DNA of 58,807 nt, counting the filler, from Circinaria calcarea (Eukaryota), in assembly GCA_051942165.1 (NCBI GenBank). It is 7 parts of 7 records of this genome, joined end to end, with 100 filler letters (N's around TTAATTAATTAA, not from the genome) between each part and the next. Parts side by side here need not be neighbours in the genome. Positions count along the whole stretch, not along the records: positions 1 to 8,328 come from JAVECS010001131.1; positions 8,429 to 16,753 come from JAVECS010001132.1; 5 more parts are not named here. One strand, 5' to 3'. The position numbers and the translations under genes were made by a program. The notes below the pieces were generated by a model, which was not told the origin of the DNA, did no database searches, and saw nothing but the letters and a program-made list of their open reading frames with translations. Below are positions 1 through 11,809 of the stretch, in pieces (the stretch's first letter is position 1; each line of letters begins with the position of its first letter).

Positions 1-1
1 C

Positions 2-862
2 ATGGACGGCCTCGGGATAGCCTGGTATACTCCTGCAGCTGGGAACTATATCAAGAGCGTGGAGGGTCCACGACCGGCTCTTTACAAGTCCCAGTCCCCT
101 CCCATTAACGATTTCAACTTTCGGAGTCTCTGCGGCAACACCGAAACCAATTGTCTCTTCGCCCATATCCGTGCGACCAGTGGCAGTGTGGTCTCACAGG
201 TCAACAGCCACCCCTTCGTCTTTGGCCGTCACGTCTTCATGCACAATGGCGTCATCTCCAACTTCTTAACCATCCGGCGCGATATGACCGACCTGATGAC
301 TTATGATGCGTACTGCAATGTTCTGGGAAGCACTGATTCTGAGCATGCAGCCGCGCTTTACATGACCAATCTCACTTCAGGAGGCACAAAAGATACATGG
401 GAGAAAGAATACCCCCTTCAAGATATGTTCAACGCAATGGCTAAGACCGTGATTCAAATCTTGGAGCTCCAACAAAAACATCTAGGTGATAATAAAGCGC
501 CCAATAGTCTCAACTTCTGCACCACAGATGGCAGAAAGCTGGTGGCGATTCGCTTCCGGAACCATGCAACACAACAGCCGCCAAGTCTGTACTGGAGTGA
601 ATTCGCAGGGAGGACTTTGAACCAGAAATTCCCAGAGAATCCGGACGCACCCGATAAAGTGAACGAAGAGGCAAGCAAGAGCAAAGAGGACCGAATCGGC
701 AAGCACACCATCGTGGCAAGTGAACCCACGACTTATGATGATGCGGAGTGGCATTTGATCAGTCGTAATTGTGCCCTTACGGTAGATGAGCATGGAACTG
801 AGAAGGAGGTCCCAATCGAGTATGACGAGAAATTGAATGCAGCAGTTGATCCATATGCTTGA
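2..862 (+). CDS. DUG3: Class II glutamine amidotransferase, DUG3/EgtC-like (5' part missing)
   Basis: ORF has DGLGIAWY, FAHIRATS, NSHPF, FMHNG, GSTDSEH and IVASEP motifs of the GATase_4/Ntn family. The N-terminal catalytic Cys lies outside the window. Confidence 0.75.
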   Translation: MDGLGIAWYTPAAGNYIKSVEGPRPALYKSQSPPINDFNFRSLCGNTETNCLFAHIRATSGSVVSQVNSHPFVFGRHVFMHNGVISNFLTIRRDMTDLMTYDAYCNVLGSTDSEHAAALYMTNLTSGGTKDTWEKEYPLQDMFNAMAKTVIQILELQQKHLGDNKAPNSLNFCTTDGRKLVAIRFRNHATQQPPSLYWSEFAGRTLNQKFPENPDAPDKVNEEASKSKEDRIGKHTIVASEPTTYDDAEWHLISRNCALTVDEHGTEKEVPIEYDEKLNAAVDPYA

Positions 863-3740
863 TGGGGGATGTGGCCCGAGCTGTGCCCTTCTCTTAGCGT
901 CTGTTCTGTCAGCCTTGGGCGCGGTGTGCCATATAGCGAGTCGCTCCTTGTACTATTCCTTGCGCGCCACTATGATAGTATCGGTCGCTATATCAAGCTC
1001 GTTCAGACTCTTTATTCCAGTTCTTAGCAATCGCGCTGAAGCCCATCAGTAAAACATCCACCTTTGTTACCTGCCATTGAATTCCGCAAGTAAAGTTCCC
1101 TGAAATCCCGAGGTGCATGATTCTTTACCCAAGTGTACCTCTTCCAGCGAAGGTGGTCATAAGTAGTCTTCAAACTGAACACAGACTAGCGCAATAAGAA
1201 CCGATATCGTTTTCCAATCTTCGATCCTATATTCTCACCCCTATTCCCTTGTCCAGAAATTGCAGACCGAAGCAGTGCTGAAAACAGTCTGAACCGTCCA
1301 CCTCGTAGGCCTGGAACCGGATCGGGCTACCTTATGGAAGGAGATAGCTAACCTAGGCCAGACGATCCAGAACTGCATAGGTCACAGTCGAAAAGTTGAG
1401 CCTCATACACACATGATATGGGCCCTCTACCGCGTTATTTAGGCCAATGGCCTGATCAGGCTTGATTGGATTCCGTGAGAGATTCCTTGGACGAGTAAAT
1501 TCACCTCAGTCCGATATTGTAATCCGGGATTGCCAGGTCAATCGCAAGTCCAAGCAGTCGCCCATTGGTGGTCGCCACTATCACGGCGAGGCTGCACAAG
1601 GAGGAACAAACAACCGTGACAAAAACTTCTGGCCCCGATGTTTTTGCCTGCTCCGCATACGGTCCGCCAAGCAAGCCAGCGAATGAATAGCGATTGTCCA
1701 ATTGAATACTATCCCACCCCTCCCCTCTCCTCCCGCTCACCAAGAGTATCAGCCTTACCTCTCCCTAGGAGAGAAGTTTTCGACGTCGGGTTTTGGAAAA
1801 CGGTTTTCTTCAACTGCTATTGTCTGCGAGGGGGCGGTGCGGTTACCGGTTTCGATGTCGATATGTTAGTGCCTTGATCTGACATACGTTAAACGGCGCG
1901 ATGCTTTGATCTTAGGCCATTTCAGCTCCTGCATTGTTGCACACTTTACAGTTGACATGTGTCTGTGCTTTACATTCTAGCGCGAAAGGAGACGTAAGGC
2001 AGCCATTGCACTCATCCCGATTCAGAAGATATCATATGGTAATGCATCATACCTGGGTTTGAGGGTGAGTTCTATAGGCTTATCGTAGTAACCCCTGCTG
2101 CTCGAGGTTCACAATGTTTCACAACATAGCGTTGGCTTTACAAATCAATACACCAGCTAGAACTTGGCCCTATATGGTGTTTCAGCCTCCGCGTGGCGTT
2201 TCCGAATTCGCCGACCATGAAAATGAATACCTTAATATAGATATCTGCACGTCATAACCATAAGGTGTCAGCATGCCACCCTAGGAAGAAACCAATCACT
2301 GTATTCTCAACATGCCACTATGCTGTCTTCATGCTGCCGTTTCTATACTAATTCGCTATTCTTTATAACACCAACATGCGGTCGCTGTCGCTATATGCTG
2401 GTATGTGGAGTAAAACGGCTGATGGGTAGGTATGCGTCGTTGACAGTGATGAGGCGTGGTGACAGGAAGGCTGCATGGCGATGCTACAGAAAGTGGGGAA
2501 CCCAGTTCAGCTGCAAAGCTTTAGTAACAACATTTCAAAGAGAAAAGCAGTGTTGTTTAGGGCAAGTATGAAACAGTCCGTTTATGATATTAAGTAGTGC
2601 TTTGCGAACTCTGGGTTGAGTCGCGTATTACCCGATATATTGAAAGGTCTTACCCTCAAACCTCAGCCCTTTTTCACCCTTTCGTCGCCATCTGCATAAC
2701 AGTTTCTCACCGCATCAGTAGTTTGTGATTCTGATTTACCGCTCCAATAGAAATGTCCTGGAGGCCTATCTAGGAACTGTCGAGTCCTAGCTTCCACGAT
2801 TTCCCCACGATCGACAACATCAGTCGCGCAGATCATTCCCTTATTTGCGTTTCCATCTTCCTTTCATTGCTCATTCAAGCCAATGAGTTCTCAGCACGTC
2901 TGACTTCCTACATGTACACGCCGTTTGTTTATCTTCTGATCTTGTGCATGAAGCTCTGTAGGCCTCTGTGTGACTTAGCCTATCCTTCACGCATTGGGCT
3001 TCACAGCCAATATTGAGTCTGTGTTTCCTTGGGAGTATCAATACGTTCAGCTGTCGATAACACCGCATTGTTTTTGTGGCAGTCCTTTACAGACCAATCA
3101 TAGCTGTAATTGGGACCTACTGCCATCTTTCCTGGCCCTCATGGATGAGGCAGCGATCGAGACTCGCTGCTGTTACAAAGAAACCAGTTACTCAAAGAGG
3201 TCGATCGAATCTCCCTAATGCAACAACACTATACCTAGTCTACCATCCAGTGAGAAGATCTGGGATTAAACCTAAATATGCCGGTAAGATATCTGGTAAT
3301 CTATGCACGAGGGTTATCGTGCTTGCAACCCTCGTCTTAGCTAATCAGTTTGCTGCACAGCTTTCCCTAGCTTTACTCAACAGTGTACAACAGTAAGAAC
3401 CTATGCCTTCAAATGGTTAGTGCTGTTGAGCTGCGTCTTTCTGAAATTGTACCGGAACCTTGCTCCATACCAGGTAAATATAGGCCTTTCACATGACTCA
3501 TTATCCGTTCTTTGCTGCACCATCACGGCATTGCTTGTGCATCAACTGGATGGCATCAGTTGACTGCTTTCAATTGGGTATATGGTGAAGCCCTTTCGTT
3601 ACGAAGTTTTTCGAGGCTCAAACAGCCTGAAAGAAGATATAAGCACTTGGGTTCCCTTCATGAACCCTCTTCACACAGTTCGTCAAATGCTACTTCTTAG
3701 ATCGTAATCGTATCCGGTAATTTCTCTTGATATCGTGATC

Positions 3741-5151
3741 ATGAACAATACCACGATCCAGTTCCTCTCAAGTACACCAGCGCTAGCGCCACCTCCAGGC
3801 GTAGCCCCGGATTTCATCCGTCCGCACGCATTCGATACGTACACAATTATTACTATTGGAGTCTTCGTACCAATCACTACGCTGCTGGTCGCTGCGCGAC
3901 TATATACAAGGCTCGTAATCACAAAATCTGTGGGGTGGGACGACTGTAAGTAAATATCTGCCTAACAAAATACCATGCTGTCGGTTTACTAAGTTCTCCC
4001 CGAAGACACTTCCTTTGGTGCATGGGTAAGATCTATGTTACCTTTTGACATGTATTTGAGTCGTTAATTCCGTGCAGCTATTGGCCATTCCTTACTTCGT
4101 TCTTGGCGTAATAGGAGTACAGCGTGGACTTGGTACTCACGGATGGAACATGTCCTTATTGAGAGCCATAGGAGCTGGCAAGGTGAGTAAAAACCCTGCG
4201 TTGGTCAGCAGGCCTCTAGCTATGTTGCTAAATGTAGAATGTCTTAACGCAGATTTCATTTGCGATAGTCGTTTTCAATAGTCCTATACTTTTGATAACA
4301 AAACTTTCTATCCTACTCCAATATCAACGGGTTTTTGTCGTTCACCGGAATCCTCGCCCGGTCTGGTTTGCCATTCAACTACTTATTTGGAGCAATCTTC
4401 TCTGCTTTACAATTCTGGAATTCGTCGGTATATTTCAATGTTCCCCAATCAAGAAGTTCTGGAATCCGTTTGTGGCTGGCAAATGCCTAAATGAAAAAGT
4501 CCTTGATTTTTCGCATGCCATCATCAACTTTATTTCCGACACGGCCATTTTCATCCTACCCCTGTACTCGGTGTCAAAGTTACGACTATCCTCTAAGCGG
4601 AAATGTGGCATAATTGCAATATTTACAATCGGCTTCCTGTGAGCAGATATTCTTCTACTTCGTTCACATTGATAGTGGCACTGTCTTTTCTAAAGCCCTG
4701 GCTAAGCTTCGGATTGAGATCTCCAAGTAGAAGTCTTGCTAACAGCGAATAGTGGTTGTGCCTCCCCGCTAGTTCGAATCTATTACTCTGCAACAACTAT
4801 CCACAACGCCGATTTAACGTACATAATTGAACCCATTGGATTCTGGAGGTGTGTAGCTTCCACCTGGACCTGTAGCGACTTAGGTACTAATCACACCTAC
4901 GTCGGAAAAGCCAAGCAGAAATAACATGCGGAATTGTTGCCGGCTGTATGCCCGTACTTCCTAGACTCTACCAAGAAGCATCGAGGACCAGTAAGAAACG
5001 CTTTCCCGGATCATTTTATCGCACGCTCAAGGGCCTTTCTAAGGGATCCGAAATCCCTCTTCCCCTTACCAACTCGCCAACTCCTACAGTCATGCATGTA
5101 AAGGGTCCCCATACTCAACTTACAGAGAATCACACAGTATCCAACGGATAG
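3741..5151 (+). CDS. PTH11-like (rhodopsin-domain, no CFEM) integral membrane protein, multi-exon
   Basis: PPPGVAPDF N-terminus, ARLYTR..GWDD, GLGTHGW, KLSILLQYQRVF, FQCSPIKKFW, NFISD..IFILPL and CMPVLP segments. GT-AG introns, first donor GTAAGT at 3946. Confidence 0.85.
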
Positions 5152-5720
5152 GAGGAGAGTACTCGTGAATCAATGGTTTACCATACATGCGTTGGAGCTG
5201 CCCAAGAGGCATGGCCTGAACATTCAAGAGGAGTTGTCAATGTTGGAAATTATAGGGTTTACCGAAGCATGTGTTGCATAGGAGGTCCATGCTCAACACT
5301 TCCTACACCCACTATAAAAGCACTTTTCTCTGCGTAAATAGCTTTAAATATTTACACACTCAGATAACATAATATGTTATGGCGCACGCCATCACAGGCT
5401 AGACTAACCCCCAGTAGAACTACTGCCGGAACAAAACGACGTGGAACCGGTGCTCAAAATACCCAGGAGCGCTTGGCATCCTGTAAGGATCCTTTACGAA
5501 AAGTATAATGATCTTACGAATAAGGGTCGGTAAATTGTGTGATAATGCGCTCAATTGGTTCGCATAGCGTATGAATTATTGCTAAAGAATTCTGGTGTAA
5601 CGCTTCATGAGGAAAACCCTTCTCGCTAAGCCAATACCTCGTGACCTCGGTATATAGTTCACCCGTAGGGTTCGTAGGGGTTCTCGGGTAGAGATCCTTA
5701 CATGAATTTACTCGGCAATT

Positions 5721-6006
5721 GGGGGGTTTTGTTTTTTTTCGCTAGAAATCTGTTATGCTCGGGAGCACGGCGCCGATAAGCTAAGGCTGATACTGTAAAG
5801 CACGGAGGGTAGGCTGGTAGAAACTGTGCATTCGTATTGGCCACACTAGGTTTATTAGTACAACATAGCTCCGTTGTGGATGTACAATGGAGCTATGTAA
5901 ACCAGGCCAAGGGGGCCTTGCAGACGAGGTATTGATTGGCCGGGAGCACTGTTATTCCGGGCCTACCTAGCAACCTCCGAGCATAACAAAAAAAAACAAA
6001 ACCTCC
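5721..6006. mobile_element. Degenerate fold-back/MITE-like relic
   Basis: GGTTTTGTTTTTTTT..TGTTATGCTCGG (5721-5763) is inverted at ~5975-6006. A central hairpin ACATAGCTCCGTTGT/ACAATGGAGCTATGT lies at 5863-5898. Confidence 0.5.
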
Positions 6007-7261
6007 TAAATAGCTGGCTGCGAAATGTTCCAATAATGTTAAGCAGTGCTTGATGAGTAGATGTTTTTTCATCCGAAGAAGATTACGAACCCGCGCAATT
6101 AGATATCAGACCCAGGTCGCGTGGTGATCTTGTTATCCCAGTAGATAAAGAGCTAGGTGGTTATGCCTGCTTTAGCTCTCTCTGAGATCCAGGACCTGGA
6201 CAGGGGAACCCAGACTTGCGGCAAAGGACCAGAAGTACGTGATTGCCCGACCTTGACTTACCATTTCAACATTGAATCAGTGGACCGGATCGCCGGGTGC
6301 GAAGGAGAGTTCTTATATCTGAGTTATCGGAGCCATCGAAGTGACTAGGGGGAGGGACATACCAGGTGCACTTCGCATCGGGCGAAGTCGCTATACTCGT
6401 AGCCCAGCTGAATCGCATCCTGGGGAAGAAGTCGATGATCCTCCCGAAATGGCAATACTTTGGGGCCAATCAACCCGTGGCTCTTATCTTATCACCTGTA
6501 AATTGACACTAGCACAGCTCGTCCTCATGGGATGATTCCAAATAGTGCGATGGAATGTTAAGCCGGGGTTGGGATAATACAGCTGAAGGCGGGGAACGCA
6601 CAAGCGGCAACATGCAACGACTTCTTGGCTTCTAAACTTCTTTTGACATAAAGTTCAACTGAATAGTCTGGTTCTGAATAGCAATGCATCCGGTCTTATC
6701 AGCTTCCATAGAGACCACACCATATTGGAACATGGGTGCAGATCAACCCAGTTATCATACTGATACCACCGTGCAGGTTATACCACTCTCGCTGCTGTTT
6801 TCGTATGATCGATCTCGTTTCACATGCATGTTAATCGTCACTTTGCCCTCATTGCTTCGTCACTTTGCCCTCAATGTTTCGTCACTTTGCCCTCATTATA
6901 TCGTCACTATTCATTCTCTCCTACAATCGCGTCAACTTATCGTTGATTGCGCAAAGGATATTTGTTCCACGAGTCGCATCCCCCGTCATCATGGGACTTT
7001 CGAGTCTCCAACCAGGTTTGAGATCAAGGGATCAATTTCCGATCAATCTTGATAGATTGGGCTGCCAAATGCAATTACTTCAGAACCCGTCATACCCTTT
7101 GCCTTTTGAAGAGAGAGTACCGTTCGGCTCCTCCGGAGTTCCAAAAAGCTTTAAACCCAGTCAAGTCCGTTTCCTCTGTTCTCAGGAAGCACACATCTCC
7201 CCTCCAGCTTATCTCCCCACAAGGTGATTAGATTAATCGTCCGAAGGCCACAGCAATCAAG

Positions 7262-8328
7262 ATGAGTAAAAAATTACCACCGTATGTCAATCTGTTGGCA
7301 AAGAATGCCAAAAAGCGGTGTGTATCTTGTCGCTGACCTTGGTCAGCCCCGTCCAAGATGTCATGTATAAGCCCCATCCGAGCGAGAAGATGCTCGCGTG
7401 TCAGTATATGGGTCCAAAGAACATGCAGATTGGCTCCGTTTCCAAGCCAATGATCACGGCTCCCAAGGATGCAATCGTCAGAATCACCCATTGCACTATC
7501 TGTGGTTCTGATCTACATATGTGTAAGTCGTTGAAATCGAACCAGAGAGCAGTAACACATGAAGATGCTAACAGCCCATATCCCGTCAGATGTTGGTGAA
7601 ATGGACTCGGCCATGCACAAAGGCGACATAATGGGTCATGAAGCCATTGGAATCGTGGACGAGGTCGGTCCTGAAGTCAAAGAAATACAAAAGGGAGACC
7701 GGGTCATAATCCTACCTGTCATCTGTTGCGGAGAATGCTTCTACTGCAAACGTCAGGTCTGTCTAATTGACCATTCCGTCGTGACTCGGGCTAGTTGCTC
7801 CTATAAGACAGCTGACCGTCTCATTATTAGGAATATTCGCTCTGCGACAGGACCAATCCATCACCAGAAATGGACAAAATGTGGTATGTACTAATTTCTG
7901 ATCAGATTCGGTATGTAGTTAAGATCCTGACTAAGATGTATCATAGGGGCCACCGTCTCTCTGGCATTTTCGGCTACACCCAGCTCTGTGGAGGATATCC
8001 TGGAAACCAGGCTGAGTATTGTCGAGTTCCCAACGCTGATATTGTACTCGTCAAAGCACCAAAGGAAGACGTATCTCCAGGCCAACTGCTTGCACTAGCG
8101 GACGTGGCGACAACAGCCTGGCATGGTTGTGAGCTGGCTGAAGTTGGGAAAGGTGACACCGTCGCAGTATGGGGATGCGGACCCATCGGGCTCAGCATTC
8201 AGAAACTCAGTTTCTTCCGTGGTGCCTCTAAGGTCTATGCAATTGATCCCGATCCACAGCGATTGAAGATTGCCGAGAGTTTCGGATGTATTCCCGTCAA
8301 CGTTACCGAACATAAGGACGTCTCGAAC
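7262..8328 (+). CDS. Zinc-dependent MDR alcohol/formaldehyde dehydrogenase (3' truncated at contig end), multi-exon
   Basis: TICGSDLH, GHEAIG, CGECFYCK, GNQAEYCRVP, LADVATTAW and Rossmann GCGPIG motifs across GT-AG introns. Confidence 0.9.
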
Positions 8329-8428
8329 NNNNNNNNNNNNNNNNNNNNNNNNNNNNNNNNNNNNNNNNNNNNTTAATTAATTAANNNNNNNNNNNNNNNN
8401 NNNNNNNNNNNNNNNNNNNNNNNNNNNN
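8329..8428. other. Artificial contig linker; also at 16754-16853, 25176-25275, 33597-33696, 42011-42110 and 50418-50517
   Basis: N44-TTAATTAATTAA-N44, which gives stops in all six frames. Genes are cut at the junctions. Confidence 0.98.
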
Positions 8429-8460
8429 CCAGCTGCCAAATTAAATAATCGAGAAACTAC

Positions 8461-8523
8461 CTTCCCCTTTTCCCCTTTTCCCCTTTTCCCCTTTTCCCCT
8501 TTTCCCCTTTCCCTTTTCCCTTT
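8461..8523. repeat. (CCCCTTTT)n simple repeat
   Basis: About 7-8 units are directly visible near the contig start. Confidence 0.9.
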
Positions 8524-8565
8524 GCTGGGCGAGTTGTTATCTAAAGACATCCGCTGATTCCATTT

Positions 8566-9261
8566 TTGAGACTGGCCAGTCCATCGTCAAGCTTATTGAT
8601 GATGAACATAGACGGCGACGGTGTGAACAAGAGACTCGTATTCAAAGGAGAGGCGTCGGGTAAAGCCTTGCTGAAAGGTTTGGAGCGAACAATTCATCGA
8701 CGAAAAGACTTGAACCGTATAGTCCTCGATGTAACCATTCGAGGCATGAAGATCCCAATCCCTTACCTTACCGAGGACGCTGAGGCAATGCGACGCCAAG
8801 AACATCTCGACATTCTGCTCAAGGTCGACTTCATCGAGAATCAGCCATCTTCTACCCTTTGGGCTCTAAATGCACAACGTTGCGATCAGGCGTATAATAT
8901 GCGTATCAAGTGTACCTACGTCCTCAAGAAAGGGGAAGAAATGCATTGGAGAGAGTTTGTGGGTAACTCGGGGACGGAAAACACCGATCCAGATGCGATT
9001 ATGTCAGATGAGATTCTCTGGCAGACCACGTGGAAGGGAGGGATAAAGAATACACTCTGTCTCAGCTACATGGATTCATTTGTGCAAATCTGTACGAGCA
9101 AACCGAACAGGTCAAGAGGAATCATTACACTATCTGCGAAGGAGGCTGGCTGCGAAGGGTGTGCGGGCATTAAGAAGACAAAGTCGTACGGAGTAACTGC
9201 AATTAGCGTTGAGCTGAGAATGATACATAGCCGGCCAAGCTTCCTTTATCTGAACGTGTGA
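8566..9261 (+). CDS. Hypothetical protein (possibly a terminal exon)
   Basis: 231-codon ORF with globular-protein composition and no recognised motif. Confidence 0.4.
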   Translation: MRLASPSSSLLMMNIDGDGVNKRLVFKGEASGKALLKGLERTIHRRKDLNRIVLDVTIRGMKIPIPYLTEDAEAMRRQEHLDILLKVDFIENQPSSTLWALNAQRCDQAYNMRIKCTYVLKKGEEMHWREFVGNSGTENTDPDAIMSDEILWQTTWKGGIKNTLCLSYMDSFVQICTSKPNRSRGIITLSAKEAGCEGCAGIKKTKSYGVTAISVELRMIHSRPSFLYLNV

Positions 9262-9328
9262 CCTAACATCCTGAGTAAGATTTTGGCCAACGTGCGCCTT
9301 TTTAATGCTGACGGGGTTGCTTCCATGA

Positions 9329-9362
<34 letters not shown>

Positions 9363-9366
9363 GAAA

Positions 9367-9451
9367 AGCCGAAGGCGGGGGTCGAACCCGCAACCTTGAG
9401 GTGACTTTAGAAATAAGAGCCACACGCTCTATCCAATTGAGCTACCCCGGC
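9367..9451 (-). tRNA. tRNA-Lys(CTT) with ~11-nt intron
   Basis: Minus strand reads GCCGGGG-TAGCTCAATTGGATAGAGC-G-TGTGG-CT-CTT-A-[TTTCTAAAGTC]-A-CCTCA-AGGTT-GCGGG-TTCGACC-CCCGC-CTTCGGC, followed by a long T tract (Pol III terminator). Confidence 0.92.
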
Positions 9452-10565
9452 GGGTTATTACCCAGCAATATTTTAATAGAATAAATAAACCATCAAAACT
9501 AATCTAAGTTTAAAATAATGTATTCTAGTCGTAGAGGAAACAGTTCCCAGTCCGATTTGCAAATACAAGGGGAGTTGATTGGGTCACTACTCACCCAATA
9601 AATCCTATTGTGTGCAAGATGGTACTCATAACTGTTTTCCCCTGCGACCACAGTATTTTACCAATACAAATATGTAAATCTAAACCCTTGTTCCATTGCC
9701 CTCGATCTCATCTCACGCGCCAACCTTTTCAGTATAGTCATCATCCAACCAAAAACCCCCCCCCTTCAGATCCAGCTCCCGGCTCGTCAACCCTATACGC
9801 CCCATTACCAATCACCATGCGCCTCACCCTCGTGACTGCACTCCTCCCACGCTCGCCTCCGTCCAGGCGTAGCAGCCTACCATACGGGCGAGAAGCTCCA
9901 AGGCTTAGGTCTCCGCGCTCAAATCACTACATCTCCTCCGCCCCGCGAGCGCGCCGTCGTACCAGCCCAAGTCCGGCACTGCTCGGATTAGACGTGATCG
10001 TCCGTGATTTGTTTCTGCGGTATCTCCGTTCGCCTCCGGGGAGTATGAATTCTTGGGTCTGGAAAAGCCATGATCTCAAGGTCGGTACTATAGCGGGGTA
10101 AACCAGACCAGTAAACAGCAGTCGGCAGAGAATGGGTCTCCAAGCGAGAGCAAGGAACGGCCCGATTTCTGCGGGTTGAACGGCCAAAAGGGGATAGATA
10201 GCAAGGGAAAGCTGGCGAGCAAGATATGGGCAGTGGAAAAACGAAAAAACGAAAAGGAGAAAGAGGAACGGACGGCGAGGGAGAAAGCTCCGAGGGGTAA
10301 CGATCAAGAGCGGAAAGGGCTGGGGGAACGGAAGACGAAGAGAATCTAACGCAGCTTATTAACCTGATACGTTACGCGCGAATGAATCAGGGATTTTTAC
10401 AACAAATCGGTGTATTTACGAAGCTTTGATTTTAGGCAATCGGAGGTATGTTGCTTTAATCAAAGCAATCGAGGGTAGAGCTAGGTAACAACCTTGAACA
10501 AATATTATGAAAACTAATATGAGCAGCTATAGCTGGCTACCAAGCCTGGGCTCCTGTATACTACA

Positions 10566-10893
10566 CCCCTTTGCTCTTTTGCTGCGCCCCCTGCTGCTCC
10601 CTCGCGCTCCCCAGGTGCTCCCTCCCTGCTCCCCCTAAAGTGGCCCTGCTCCCTTTCCATACTGAAAACGGATCAGGCCCACCCCCATCTCGGGGAATAT
10701 ATAATACATATTTTATATACACCCCGAACTTAGGATTGGCGAGTACCGTTTTTGTTCGGGAAAGGGAGCAGGGCCGCTTTCAGAGGGAGCAGCGAGGGGG
10801 GCAAAGGGGAGCACCGAAGGAGCCTAGGGGAGCACCGAAGGAGCCTAGGAGAGCACCGAGGGAGCAAGGGGGGCGCAGCAAGCGAGCAAAGGG
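10566..10893. mobile_element. GC-rich fold-back/MITE-like element with internal 21-bp tandem repeats
   Basis: CCCTTTGCTC..TTGCTGCGCCCCC..TGCTCCCTCG and AAAGTGGCCCTGCTCCCTTTCC are mirrored on the opposite strand. GGGGAGCACCGAAGGAGCCTA is repeated about 2.5 times. Confidence 0.65.
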
Positions 10894-11308
10894 TCCCGCA
10901 GCAAGAGAAGAGGTTCTGGCTCCTCGGAGAGCCTGATTTGGCTGCATCTTACTCGGCTACAGCTGCTCTTGTTTACCCAGTAGTGTTGCCTGGCTCAGCC
11001 TGCTGCTGCCTTAAATACTTTTTGACGAAGGCCCACTGCCAGGCATTATTAGGTAGGGTTCCAGCATATCTCACCAGCCCTTAAAATAAAAAGCCACTAA
11101 TGTTCGTTCATACGAATCGAAAATCCCTGCCAGCGATAGCTCCTATAACAGCCGATATATCGATTTTATCTAGATTATATTTAGGTGTGAAAAAGCGCTG
11201 ACGAGATCTTTCTTGCAGATCGACAAGCATCCGTAGCCTTAATTATACGACTATTCGTAATATTGTGGTGAGGGCGCACTCCTCTCACGAAGATTCTATA
11301 TACAATCT

Positions 11309-11751
11309 TGTTGCACAAGCCTCGTTATCGATCATGATCAGGCGAATTTGTGCGAGCCTCTTACTTATCAGTCTTCGCTTTGCAGGGAATCGAAAAAACT
11401 GTATTGCATAAGAGCTTCAAAGCAAACCCATAAAATCGAAAAACCATTGGATTTCTATCAAGTGACCATTAATCTACTACCGGAATGAATTGGCTGTTAT
11501 TTAATGAAATCACTACGGTCACGTTGTGCAAGTGCATTTGTGAGGGTAATGTGATAGCATTGAGCTATCAAAATACTATGGGTTTATAGTGGTATTTATA
11601 GTAGTCATAATCCTATAACTTGCCCACTTAGAAGCGGAGTAGCAAACATGTAAATAAAGGGTTCATTGAACCTCCGGGAGCATTCTACATGCAATGCGCA
11701 GATGTGCAGAACTTCTGCATGGAAAACCACTGGTTCTGCCATATTCCAACA
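11309..11751. mobile_element. Probable solo LTR
   Basis: TGTTG...CAACA ends flanked by AATCT/AATCC (5-bp TSD with one mismatch). The last ~140 bp are homologous to 33697-33835 on another contig. Confidence 0.55.
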
Positions 11752-11809
11752 AATCCATGGCCTAGATTCTGCGTCAACTTTCAATAAGCATTATAAAAGG
11801 TGGTCCGTG

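Noticed and set aside
8373..8384. TTAATTAATTAA recurring every ~8.4 kb as a biological periodic motif
   Set aside because: It is always embedded in N44 flanks, so it is an assembly linker.
8461..8523. Telomeric repeat at a contig end
   Set aside because: The unit is CCCCTTTT, not CCCTAA or CCCCAAAA, and it is not terminal.
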